Shown one piece after another: positions 8,606-17,518 of a DNA stretch of 32,000 nucleotides (position 1 is the first letter of the stretch; each line of letters starts with the position of its first letter). This DNA is from Okeania sp. (GTDB lineage: Bacteria; Cyanobacteriota; Cyanobacteriia; Cyanobacteriales; Microcoleaceae). The stretch covers positions 4,873 through 36,872 of the forward strand of contig NZ_JAYKGW010000123.1 in the NCBI RefSeq assembly GCF_035285525.1, in the 5' to 3' direction. The notes under the pieces were generated by a model. It searched no databases, was not told the origin of the DNA, and worked only from the letters and a program-made list of their open reading frames with translations. Both the position numbers and the translations under genes were made by a program.

Positions 8606-9944
8606 AGGACTTACGCAAATACACTATATATAGCGTATGACAAATAGAACGATCACTCTATTAATAGAGAGCGATCGCCTCAAGACAATTACCATTAAAA
8701 AAATGGCCAAAAACACTGCTTGGCTTCTTAGCCAATCACCCTGAATCTTATGGTGGGATTCTTTAGCTCTTCGATCAGATAATCTGAGAGTAATTCATGC
8801 TTAACTTGGTAAATAGTTTTTCCTATTTTCACTGCCAATCTTTTTAAGAAATTCCAGACTAACATAGCACAGGCTATGTGATTTTTTTTAATGTCCCTGA
8901 GACGACCCTATCCAAAATTCGCTTGCGTGTTAATTGCTTAATTTCTCTGTGAAATTCTTCTATTTTCACTTCACAGTTTGAGATTCAAATTCTACAGCAT
9001 CTACTGAAGATTGACCTAAGTCATTAGTGACAATATATTCTGTTCTGTTGGTAGAAATAGTTGCCCAGAATAGCTTAACTTTTTTATCTCTCGGAAAACC
9101 TTTAATTTTAATTATTTTACCTGATATTTTTTCTGACTCATTCCAACTTAATTCTCCTATGTTTTTGTATTTTTCACTCGCGACCAGTATCATCTACTAA
9201 ACGATTTATTTTTAAAGGACAGTAATAAATTTTTCCTAAGTTATCTATTCACTCCATTAACCTTTGTGCTGCATACCAACTATCCATTAACACAGTCTTC
9301 AATGGTAATTTTTTCTTATTTACCACATTTAATATCATTTCTTCAACATGATCTATTTTAGTTTTGTTATCAGTATCTGGGTCATAAAGCGCGATAATCA
9401 ATAAGCCAAAACTGTTCAATTTTTGGATGTAAATATATACAATTTACTATGCCTATACCACGAATTACTTTATGCTCATTTCCACTATACTATCCCCGGA
9501 CTAACTGAATTTTATTACCATATTCCTTGTTGATAACTGTATCATCAAATATTAAATCGTCTTCTGTATTAGGCACAATTTCTTTTTGAACATTTCTCCA
9601 TAAATTTTGAGAATCAAAGTTTTCGATTCTCAAATAACGATTTATCGTATCATGGCTAATATTTTCTAGGTGATTTGCGCTCGTTTGTAATAGTATAATT
9701 TGTATAAGAATTAAGTAAATATTGGTATGGCATCAATATAGTTAAAATTCATATTGTTAGCTCAAATCAACAATAATATTATTCTATAATAAGGGCGAGT
9801 ATTTTGGCAAAATTTATTGACAATTAGCTTATATAGCTAAAATTAATTATATTACCATATATTTGTATTAGTTTTTATCATTTTGTTGCTCAGGCGATCG
9901 CTCTATTTGTCATAAGCTATATATAGTGTCTTTGCGTAAGTCCT
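8606..9944 (-). mobile_element. Insertion sequence (~1.34 kb) with ~48-bp imperfect terminal inverted repeats and a decayed DDE transposase gene
   Basis: The left end is aggacttacgcaaatacactatatatagcgtatgacaaatagaacgatc. The reverse complement of the right end is aggacttacgcaaagacactatatatagcttatgacaaatagagcgatc. Transposase remnants lie between them on the minus strand. Confidence 0.85.
8728..9752 (-). pseudogene. IS4/IS701-like DDE transposase pseudogene with several stops and frameshifts
   Basis: My hand translation of the minus strand gives these segments. (1) MNFNYIDAIPIFT*. (2) LQTSANHLENISHDTINRYLRIENFDSQNLWRNVQKEIVPNTEDDLIFDDTV. (3) DHVEEMILNVVNKKKLPLKTVLMDSWYAAQRLMEWIDNLGKIYYCPLKINRLVDD. 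(4) KIEEFHREIKQLT. (5) NHIACAMLVWNFLKRLAVKIGKTIYQVKHELLSDYLIEELKNPTIRFRVIG*. They lie in different frames separated by stops. The listed ORF 8966-9193 is one fragment. The exact IS family was not determined. Confidence 0.8.
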
Positions 9945-10100
9945 GATCAAATCCGGTTGAATACTCCTTATATAGTTGTGGGAGATGGGGAGATTGAAGT
10001 GTAGATAAAATTATGAACATATACACTTGTAACCGGATTCTATATAACAGCTAGGACTTTTTGCCAATACCGATGGTAGAACCTTATTCTCCAAAGCAAG

Positions 10101-10194
10101 CGGATTTAACGTCCCTATCGACTAAAGGAAGCAATCTCAAAAACCCCTGAGATTGCTTCCTTTCACTCCGTTTCAGTCCCTGCGGACTTGGGTA
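10101..10194. repeat. Dispersed ~95-bp element, family F, with a perfect 13-bp hairpin
   Basis: cggatttaacgtccctatcgac...ggaagcaatctca(aaaacccc)tgagattgcttcc...cagtccctgcggacttgggta. The second copy is at 25295-25394. It lies about 100 nt downstream of the porin stop, so on the minus strand it could serve as that gene's terminator hairpin. Confidence 0.8.
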
Positions 10195-10290
10195 ATGAAT
10201 ATAAAAAAAATTAGGGAAAAAAGAAACTATCTTCTTGCCCTAACTTTTACATTAAATCTTAGAACTTAATTTTCTAGGAAAAGGAAAGTT

Positions 10291-11871
10291 CTAGAATCTG
10301 AACTGAGTTCTCAAAGCACCAACCCAGATAGTATCATTATTATCATTGTGATCGGCATTAGTAATCACAAATAAACCAGGAGTAATAGCAATGTTGTCGT
10401 TCATTTGGAAACGATAAAATGCTTCGATGTGAAGAGAAGTATCATCATCATCATTAACACCATCACCACTGGTAACAAGTGGTGGTACACCAACAACAAT
10501 ACCACCTAAGCTACCTTCTTTGAATAGATCTGGGAAAGCTAGAGTGATAGCACCATTAATAATAGTAGCATCGTCACTGCCTTTAGCTTCCTTAGCAAAA
10601 GAAATACCATACCAACCACCGATTTGAAAGCCATCAGCAATCTTTAATTGGACTTCAAAGTTGAGGTTATCTGCATTTGTTGCAACTTGATCTCCACCGT
10701 TAAAAGGTCTTCTAGCATTTTTACTACCGGTACTTCCAGTTAAGTTTAAATCTCCATTCGGATGATAGCTACGAGCATAACCTATGTTAACAGCTAACCG
10801 ATTAAAGTCAAACTGAAACTGACCAAATGCACTATAACTACCATTGAAAAGACCTGCATTATCGTTAGGGTTAGCTGCATCTCCTGCTGCATAACCAAGT
10901 GCTAAAGTAAATGCGTCACTGAATGCGTAACGGAAGTTAGCACCAGCATTAGAAGGAGCGCGGAAGAAAGTAGGGTTGAATCGTCCAAACCTTGACAGAG
11001 CGCCACCACCACTGCTAGAGAAAGGTGAGATAGGATCTGTGAAGTCGTCTAGACCATAACCTGTAGCTCCTAACTCTACTTCACCTTTACTTCCTACGGG
11101 GAAACGATAGGCTAACTTACCAAGAACAACATTACCACCTGTGTCGCCATCTGAACCCAGACGGCTCATTAATGTGTTAGTCAAGTCGCTATCGCTATAG
11201 TTAGGAATGTTATTAAAGTCTAAACGAGCTCTTAAACGGTCTTTTCCATAGAAGCTAGTCAGGAAGTCTAAACGAACCCTAGAAGCCAAAGTAGTCTGAG
11301 TATCATCATCATCTACAACTCCGTCTCCAAAGGTATCGCTCACCATCAACAATGTCTCACCTTGGAGTTTGGTGGTAGTAGAGAACTGATTAGCTTCTAA
11401 TTCTGCTGTTCTTGCTTCTAGACCATCAACACGTCCGCGTAAAGCAGCTAATTCTGCAGCGAACTCTTCTTGTAGTCTTTGTAGAACTTCTAAATCTTCT
11501 TTAGTTACTAGCTCTCCAGTTCCAGCGATAATTTCTGTGATTCTGTCTAAACAAGCATTCATACCTGCAGCAAATTCGTAACGAGTCATTGCCCGATTAC
11601 CCTTGTAAGTACCGTCTGGATAACCAGCAATACAACCATATCTTTCTACTAGGGATTGTAGAGCTTGGAAAGCCCAGTCTGTAGGTTGTACATCAGATAA
11701 CTGATTTACTGATGTTACTTGGTCTAGGGAATCTGCGTCTCCCAATGGCATGGGACGAACTTCTTGAGCGATCGCGGAGCCTGCCATTAATAACGCTGCT
11801 GCTGTAAAAACACTAGGAGTGTGCTTGAGAGCGTTCCAGATAAGTTTTGTCATATTTTTACTAATCCTCAC
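10291..11871 (-). CDS. Outer-membrane porin with an N-terminal SLH domain and a C-terminal OprB-type beta-barrel
   Basis: 526 aa. Signal peptide ends ...GSAIAQE. SLH motif is DVQPTDWAFQALQSLVERYGCIAGYPDGTYKGNRAMTRYEFA. A coiled-coil linker (LEVLQRLQEEFAAELAALRGRVDGLEARTAELE) is followed by a Gly/Asp/aromatic-rich barrel ending in RTQFRF. Confidence 0.88.
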   Translation of the reverse strand: MRISKNMTKLIWNALKHTPSVFTAAALLMAGSAIAQEVRPMPLGDADSLDQVTSVNQLSDVQPTDWAFQALQSLVERYGCIAGYPDGTYKGNRAMTRYEFAAGMNACLDRITEIIAGTGELVTKEDLEVLQRLQEEFAAELAALRGRVDGLEARTAELEANQFSTTTKLQGETLLMVSDTFGDGVVDDDDTQTTLASRVRLDFLTSFYGKDRLRARLDFNNIPNYSDSDLTNTLMSRLGSDGDTGGNVVLGKLAYRFPVGSKGEVELGATGYGLDDFTDPISPFSSSGGGALSRFGRFNPTFFRAPSNAGANFRYAFSDAFTLALGYAAGDAANPNDNAGLFNGSYSAFGQFQFDFNRLAVNIGYARSYHPNGDLNLTGSTGSKNARRPFNGGDQVATNADNLNFEVQLKIADGFQIGGWYGISFAKEAKGSDDATIINGAITLAFPDLFKEGSLGGIVVGVPPLVTSGDGVNDDDDTSLHIEAFYRFQMNDNIAITPGLFVITNADHNDNNDTIWVGALRTQFRF

Positions 11872-12605
11872 ACCTATTTTTAATTAGCTAAGAGTTACTT
11901 AACTTTATTTTGGTTAGTATAACCTTTACCGACATACTTTTACGCCATACTGCCAAATCAGCTTTGGCTTTTTACTTTATAGTTCTGGTATGCCATCAGA
12001 CTACAATCTGTTTTTGAGGAATAATTTTAGACTACATTTGATTTCTTTACTTTACAAAAGAAGACAAATTTTAGTCTTAAGTGTCTATTTTAGCTTCTAA
12101 CTTGGCAACTGGCTTATTGCCAAAAGTAGTTTGACAAATCGACAGATTTAGATAATGGCTTAACGAGGGAGCATTGCTGTAATTTATTTTCCTGTCCATA
12201 AGGAAGACATGAAAATAAATTACCAACAACTCAGTCATTTTTCCTCAACCCTTGTTTATCACAGTTTAGTTAATTTGTCTAGACACCATTTGTTGTATTT
12301 TTTGATGATGAGTTTACCAGCTCACCTTATAATTTAGATTTTAGTTGATTAAGTTAGAGCTATATCCTTGAGGCAAATTTTACACCTAATTTAAAAATTT
12401 GCAACCTAATTATTTTCAGACTATTTTTTCACCAAACTGTAAGCATTCAGCTATTAGCACCTCAGGAGTCAGCAACTTTTAATAAATTAAGTAACCAAGT
12501 GCTATTTTAACTTTTACTTTTCAATAATATATCTGAGTTATCAAACCACATAATAGATATTATGGCCGAAAACTATAGATTGGGTCTCAAAGCTAATAAA
12601 TGTTA

Positions 12606-12718
12606 ACTGAGTTCCGACCCAGGAGGCTAGCTGACTGCTCTTGGCGCAGCATGACCCAGGAAATGCTTATATAGCAGTCGAAGCAAAGGGCGCGGACAGT
12701 TCAAAAGCTGAAAACTCA
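12606..12718. ncRNA. Candidate structured RNA (family and strand unassigned)
   Basis: A G+C-rich ~113-nt island in an AT-rich spacer, with nested complementary segments: ctgagtt 12606-12612 / aactcag 12712-18, gactgct 12633-39 / agcagtc 12674-80, and agcat 12648-52 / atgct 12662-66. No promoter or terminator was identified. Confidence 0.2.
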
Positions 12719-12730
12719 GACAACGCCAGA

Positions 12731-12766
12731 TTCTTCCTTCTTTCTTCTTCCTTCTTTCTTCTGCTA
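12731..12766. repeat. Polypyrimidine (ttcttcc/ttctttc) tract, reverse complement of the GAAGGAA-type repeats at 19321-19600
   Basis: ttcttccttctttcttcttccttctttcttctgc read directly. Confidence 0.8.
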
Positions 12767-12848
12767 TACCAAACTAGCCAAATAAGGAATGAATATAGAA
12801 AAAGATATGAGAAAAAACTGGTAATTAAACTACAAAATAACTATATTT

Positions 12849-12948
12849 AGGACTTACGCAGAAACCGGGTTTATGAAGAAAATTTCGTGATTTGATCGAC
12901 AAGATCGCGACAATAAACCCGGTTTCTTGGTTGCTTTGCCTAAGTCCC
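12849..12948. mobile_element. MITE, family A (aggacttacgca ... taagtcc termini), 100 bp
   Basis: aggacttacgcagaaaccgggttta...taaacccggtttcttggttgctttgcctaagtccc. The termini match the IS at 8606-9944. Internal inverted repeat gaaaccgggttta / taaacccggtttc. Confidence 0.8.
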
Positions 12949-13008
12949 GTATATATTTCTAACCACCAGATTCTCCCCTCTTATCATTTATCAGTTTTTT
13001 TATTTTTC

Positions 13009-14829
13009 TTAAGTAATCGGTGTCGAATCTAAGCGACGAATAGATACGAGAGAAGGTTTCGGAGGAGCATTAACTTTTTTAGTTGGCCAGTTAGAACCCA
13101 TAGGGACTGTCCGATTTTGCATAAAATCTTGACCATCTATGTATGTATGGTTTTCATGGCCAAGCCACGGGTTTCTGAGGCCATATCCCGGCGGATACCA
13201 TTACTCTCTCCTGGAAGTTGAATAGCCACAAATAAAGTTTTCTGATCTTTAGTAAAAAACGGCCCACAAGTTTCGGTTTCGGCTGGTCCAATACCAAATA
13301 AATATGCTTGACCAGCATTAGGACCATAAGTAGGAATGTACCAGATGGAATTATGGCCAAATAAACGACAAAGTTCTTTCTGGTTCATTGGTTTCTTATC
13401 CTTACCCATTCGATTTTCAGGAACTGTTTTATTGTGTTTGCTGGTACTAATATCCGTCACCATCCAAAGATTGCCCTTGTCATCAAACTCCAGGTTGTCA
13501 GGATTAGAAAATCCGAGACCACCATTTGCTGGTTCTCCTCCTGTGGCAAACATCTTCCAGGTAAATGTCATAGCATCTGGGCGATCGCCATCCTCAACCA
13601 AACGCATAATCCAGCCATATTCATAAGCTTCACCATCTGAACCCTTAAATATGTGTTTGTCTGGACTACCATCAGACTTACCGGGATACCCAGAAGTAAA
13701 AGCAATAAATAGACTACCATCTTGAGCCACCTGAGTATCTTCGGGACGGGCAGTACAAGTAACACCAGCAGCATTACCAGCTAAATGGGCATCTATTAAA
13801 ATAGCCCCTTGCTTTTCTTCGGGATTTCCTGTGTATAAATCCCCCAAAGTTTTATATTTCTGCTTAAAAGCTTCTATTTCTTCATCTTTTGTAGCTGGGA
13901 AACTACCACCATCAGGTCTTTGGGGCAAATTGACCATACCGTTAACATGGGCACTTGGTAAACCTGGATTAACAGGGGTGTCCTCTTTTAAAGGAATCCA
14001 ACTACCCGTACCATCAGGATTAAATTTTGCACCATACATATAGTATTCCATTTGTCAAGAGTTGGGAATTAGATTTGTCTGTAGGGTCTTTGATAATATC
14101 TCGACTAACAAATTTGTAGACATGACCACTGTGGCGATCGCATCCAGAATAAAAAGCTAGAGGTTGGTTAGCTTCTGCTCTGATGCCGACTGCTTCGTGA
14201 CGATAACGACCCAACTAAGTATGTTTACTACCATAGTCATCAGGATTAGCTGGCTCTACTTCTACTATCCAACCATATTTATTACCAGCTAAACCAAGGG
14301 TACTTCCTAAACCAGCTACTTTTTCGATAGAAGACTTATCTTGGGCAGGATCAAAAGAAGTACCATCAGCATAAACTGCTTCTATTACATAAGCTTGAAA
14401 ATTTTCTGACGCGCTCAAGACTGTTCCCCAAGGTGTAGTACCACCTGCGCAGTTAGAAAAACTACCAATAATGCGATCGCCTAGTTGATCATTATAACCT
14501 TGACCTGTTTTCTGGAATACTGGGACTGCTGGTCTTGTTGATTTTAAATAACGTTCATCTTCTAATCCAGAAATACCAGTGATACGGCGGTCAAATTTTG
14601 AGTTTGTTCTTATCCATTTGCCATCAGGTTCGCGACGAATGGAAATCACACCTATTCCCATATCGCTCATTGCTTCTTTGGGAGGTGAAAAACAGATTAA
14701 AGCTGGTTCTCGACAGAAAAAAATTAATTTAATTAGTAGCATGAATTTGGAGTGGAAAGATTTGTACCTAGAAATAGTTGGAAATATAATTATTATGCTA
14801 GAGTACCAATTAATCCAGTTCATTTCCAC
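13009..14829 (-). pseudogene. phoX: PhoX-type (DUF839) alkaline phosphatase pseudogene: 5'-truncated, with one in-frame stop and at least two frameshifts
   Basis: Three consecutive ORFs (14829-14215, 14214-14020, 14051-13137) and a fourth frame (13140-13009, my translation IDGQDFMQNRTVPMGSNWPTKKVNAPPKPSLVSIRRLDSTPIT*) together read like one PhoX. Matching segments include GIGVISIRREPDGKW, NCAGGTTPWGTVLSASENF, GWIVEVEPANP, LGRYRHEAVGIRAE, HVYKFVS, AKFNPDGTGSWIPL and LFVAIQLPGE. There is an in-frame TAG at 14215-14217 and frame changes near 14040 and 13140. The Tat signal and roughly the first 100 or more codons are missing, with a repeat starting at 14833. Confidence 0.8.
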
Positions 14830-14832
14830 CTT

Positions 14833-15125
14833 GTCATTGTGAATCGAGCATTAGCGTAATGAAGCAATTTTTTTCATCTCGTCATTGCCAATGGAGCGTC
14901 AGAGATTGCTTCGGGGGGTAAAAATGACTAAGCTCAGACTTTAGGCTGTTTCCCACCCCCCTCGCAATGACATTTTCCCAAAAGTCATTGTGAATCGAGC
15001 ATTAGCGTAATGAAGCAATCTTTTTCATCTCGTCATTGCCAATGGAGGGTCAGAGATTGCTTCGGGGGGTAAAAATGACTAAGCTCAGACTTTAGGCTGT
15101 TTCCCACCCCACTCGCAATGACATT
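14833..15125. repeat. Two tandem copies (151 + 142 bp) of a MITE-like element with gtcattg(t/c)ga termini (family H)
   Basis: Copy 1 is 14833-14983 and copy 2 is 14984-15125, nearly identical. Each starts gtcattgtgaatcgag and ends ctcgcaatgacatt (inverted termini). Copy 2 ends 2 nt before the ribBA stop codon. Confidence 0.9.
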
Positions 15126-15127
15126 CT

Positions 15128-16864
15128 CTAAACAACTTTTAAACTATAAATTTTTTGTGATTCTAGGTTTTGCATCACTGTCGATAATTCGGTTATTTCC
15201 AAACTCTGACGTTCTAGTTTTACCTGTAAGGTAGTCATGGGATCGGAACCAGAAGCAATGAGAAATTCTAATTTGAATAAACCTTCCCATTGAGCTATCT
15301 GTGTTAATACTTTAGCGATCGCCTGCAAATAAGGATGATGTGATTCCTTGTACCATTCAGATGTAGTTAATGTTGCTTGTTCTAAACCAAAATTAACAAT
15401 TAAAGGTGCTTGAGCAAAAACTGCTGTTGCTACTGGTCTAGTTTCTTCCTGCAACAGAAAATCAGAGCCTTTGATTTTGATTAAACTGCGCAATTTTTCC
15501 AAATATTCATAACGCTGTTGAACTGGAGATTTCCAAGTTTTCACCAATTCATCGGGAACCTTAGAATTATCTGCCAATTTTGCTGCTGTTTGAGTTTGAT
15601 CCCAATTAATAGCAATTGTTACTAAATAACTGCGTAATAAAATATGACCTAATTTTTGAGCTTTAGTTGCCAAATAAGCAGAATTATAATCTGTGGTTTC
15701 AATTAACAAAGGAACCCGATCTATTACCTCAATGCCATAACCATTTAAACCCGCTATTTTCCGGGGATTATTAGTAATTAAACGAATTTTTTTCACACCC
15801 AAATCATGTAATATTTGCGCTCCCACACCATAGTTGCGTAAATCTGCTGGAAACCCTAATCTTTCATTTGCTTCCACAGTATCTAATCCCATATCCTGTA
15901 ACGAATAAGCTTTCAGTTTATTAATCAGACCTATTCCTCTACCCTCCTGTCGCAAATAGACAACCACTCCCGCACTTGCATATTCTATCATTTTCATGGC
16001 TGCTTGCAGTTGCATTCGACAGTCACAACGAAGGGAACCAAAAGCATCTCCAGTCAAACATTCAGAGTGTACCCGCACCATTACATCTTTTTCGGGAAAA
16101 TCTTCTGGGTTGCCTTTAACAATAGCTATATGTTCAGAATTATTTTGATTATTGCGGTAGGCATAAATTTGGAAATCACCAAATTGGGAAGGTAACTTGG
16201 CGACAGCTTCCCGGTACACAAAGCGATCATGTTTGAGGCGATAACTGATAATGTCGGCAATACTGATCAATTTCAGGTTATAGTTTCTGGCGTATTCCAC
16301 TAATTCTGGTAATCTTGCCATCGAACCATCTGGGTTTTGAATTTCACAAATAACCCCCGCTGGATATAAACCTGCTAACCTGGCTAAGTCAACGGCAGCT
16401 TCTGTATGACCAGCTCGTTTCAATACTCCTCCTTCTCTAGCGCGAATGGGGAATACATGACCAGGGCGACGTAAATCTTCCGGTTTAGTGGTAGGGTTAA
16501 TAACTGCTTGGATGGTACGCGCTCGGTCTTCTGCGGAAATACCTGTGGAAACTCCTAATTCTGGAGAAGCATCAATACTGACAGTGAAAGCAGTTTGGTT
16601 ACTGTCAGTGTTTTTAGTCACCATCAATGGAATATCTAATTCGTCGAGGCGATCGCCTGTTAATGAGAGACAAATTAGACCTCTAGCTTCTACTGCCATA
16701 AAGTTAATCATGTCTGGAGTGGCAAATTGAGCGGCGCAAATGACATCTCCTTCGTTTTCTCGATGTTCGTCATCGACTACGACTATAGATTTACCTGCTT
16801 TAATGTCTGCTAGGGCAGCATCAATGGAGTCAAATTGAAATTCTTGGTTTTGTTGTTTATTCAC
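15128..16864 (-). CDS. ribBA: Bifunctional 3,4-dihydroxy-2-butanone-4-phosphate synthase / GTP cyclohydrolase II, with a ~160-aa C-terminal extension
   Basis: 578 aa. DHBP-synthase motifs are VVVDDEHRENEGD and GHTEAAVDLARLAG. GTP cyclohydrolase II motifs are VRVHSECLTGDAFGSLRCDC and EGRGIGLINK. The recognisable RibA part ends near LATKAQKLGHIL (about residue 415). Confidence 0.9.
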   Translation of the reverse strand: MNKQQNQEFQFDSIDAALADIKAGKSIVVVDDEHRENEGDVICAAQFATPDMINFMAVEARGLICLSLTGDRLDELDIPLMVTKNTDSNQTAFTVSIDASPELGVSTGISAEDRARTIQAVINPTTKPEDLRRPGHVFPIRAREGGVLKRAGHTEAAVDLARLAGLYPAGVICEIQNPDGSMARLPELVEYARNYNLKLISIADIISYRLKHDRFVYREAVAKLPSQFGDFQIYAYRNNQNNSEHIAIVKGNPEDFPEKDVMVRVHSECLTGDAFGSLRCDCRMQLQAAMKMIEYASAGVVVYLRQEGRGIGLINKLKAYSLQDMGLDTVEANERLGFPADLRNYGVGAQILHDLGVKKIRLITNNPRKIAGLNGYGIEVIDRVPLLIETTDYNSAYLATKAQKLGHILLRSYLVTIAINWDQTQTAAKLADNSKVPDELVKTWKSPVQQRYEYLEKLRSLIKIKGSDFLLQEETRPVATAVFAQAPLIVNFGLEQATLTTSEWYKESHHPYLQAIAKVLTQIAQWEGLFKLEFLIASGSDPMTTLQVKLERQSLEITELSTVMQNLESQKIYSLKVV

Positions 16865-16900
16865 AAGTATATTTTCCTGGTCTTGTATTTTTTTTGTAGT

Positions 16901-16991
16901 CAGGACTTACGCATAAGCCATATATATAGTGGTTGTAACTATTGTACAATAGTTTTTTGAATCTATATATAGTATTTTGCCGTAAGTTCTG
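16901..16991. mobile_element. MITE, family A, 91 bp, inserted 36 nt upstream of the ribBA start codon
   Basis: caggacttacgcataagccatatatatagtgg...tatatatagtattttgccgtaagttctg, with imperfect inverted termini. A related partial copy follows at about 17040-17135. Confidence 0.8.
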
Positions 16992-17039
16992 ATGCTCTCA
17001 AACAAGTAGTAATTTTGGGAGTTCCATTACCAGAATTAG

Positions 17040-17135
17040 TGATTCCGTACTTAGGGAGAAACCATAAATATAGTTGTTAAAACTCTTGTACAATAGTTTT
17101 TTGAATCTATACATAGTATTTTGCCGTAAGTTCTG
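17040..17135. mobile_element. Partial or degenerate family A MITE
   Basis: The right half (ttgtacaatagttttttgaatctatacatagtattttgccgtaagttctg) is nearly identical to that of 16901-16991. The left terminus is degenerate. Confidence 0.5.
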
Positions 17136-17206
17136 TGATTTTCAGCCTTTCAAAGGGGGGTAGGGGAGATTCCCTTCCTCCAAAGTATAAGCATTCAGTC
17201 AGACAT

Positions 17207-17292
17207 ACAGCAGATTGCATTTTGGTGAGGTACACCCACAGGAGCTTTCCAACTCGCACTGAGAGGACTTAATTCTTAAATCTGTACTTCTT
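17207..17292. repeat. 86-nt dispersed element, family C, copy 1
   Basis: acagcagattgcattttggtgaggtacacccacaggagctttccaactcgcactgagaggacttaattcttaaatctgtacttctt. About 84 percent identical by hand alignment to 26866-26951, in the same orientation. Confidence 0.85.
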
Positions 17293-17396
17293 CAGGACTA
17301 AAGCCACGGGAACCCAGAAACCCGGTACGAGAGTAGATTCTTACTGCTGAAAACAAGGATTTCTCCTAGAAACCGGGTTTCTCCCGTGTAAGTCCT
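17293..17396. mobile_element. MITE, family A variant (caggactaaagcc ... gtgtaagtcct), 104 bp
   Basis: Inverted termini plus the internal gaaacccggt / aaccgggtttc palindrome shared with 12849-12948. Confidence 0.7.
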
Positions 17397-17518
17397 ATTC
17401 TTATGCTTAGAATATGCTGCAACATTAAACATTCTGTTGATTCTCTCTTCCCTGTTTCCTCTCTCCACTAAGAAATTAATTTGGCACGACTAATTATGTT
17501 AGAATACTTCAAGTATTT

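Noticed and set aside
12606-12718. SRP (4.5S) RNA assignment for the hairpin-like island
   Set aside because: There is no GGAA tetraloop closed by the conserved CC/GG pairs, and no AGCA/GGAAGCAGC domain IV motif in either orientation.
12641-12850. 69-aa ORF (non-ATG start) running across the G+C-rich island and the polypyrimidine tract
   Set aside because: It has no ribosome-binding site, its second half is translated from a simple ttcttcc repeat, and its low-complexity product is implausible.
13154-14043. Five 64-96-aa ORFs on both strands overlapping the phoX region
   Set aside because: They are alternative-frame and antisense shadows of the relatively G+C-rich phoX pseudogene. Only the PhoX-homologous frames make biological sense.
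14579-14842. 87-aa plus-strand ORF, together with internal alternative-frame ORFs at 16004-16195, 16488-16730, 18852-19064 and 31122-31304
   Set aside because: All are embedded in, or antisense to, strongly supported genes (phoX remnant, ribBA, ABC exporter, P450) and have no independent signals.
16865-16991. FMN riboswitch upstream of ribBA
   Set aside because: Only 36 nt separate the start codon from a MITE, and no FMN-element conserved core was recognisable.
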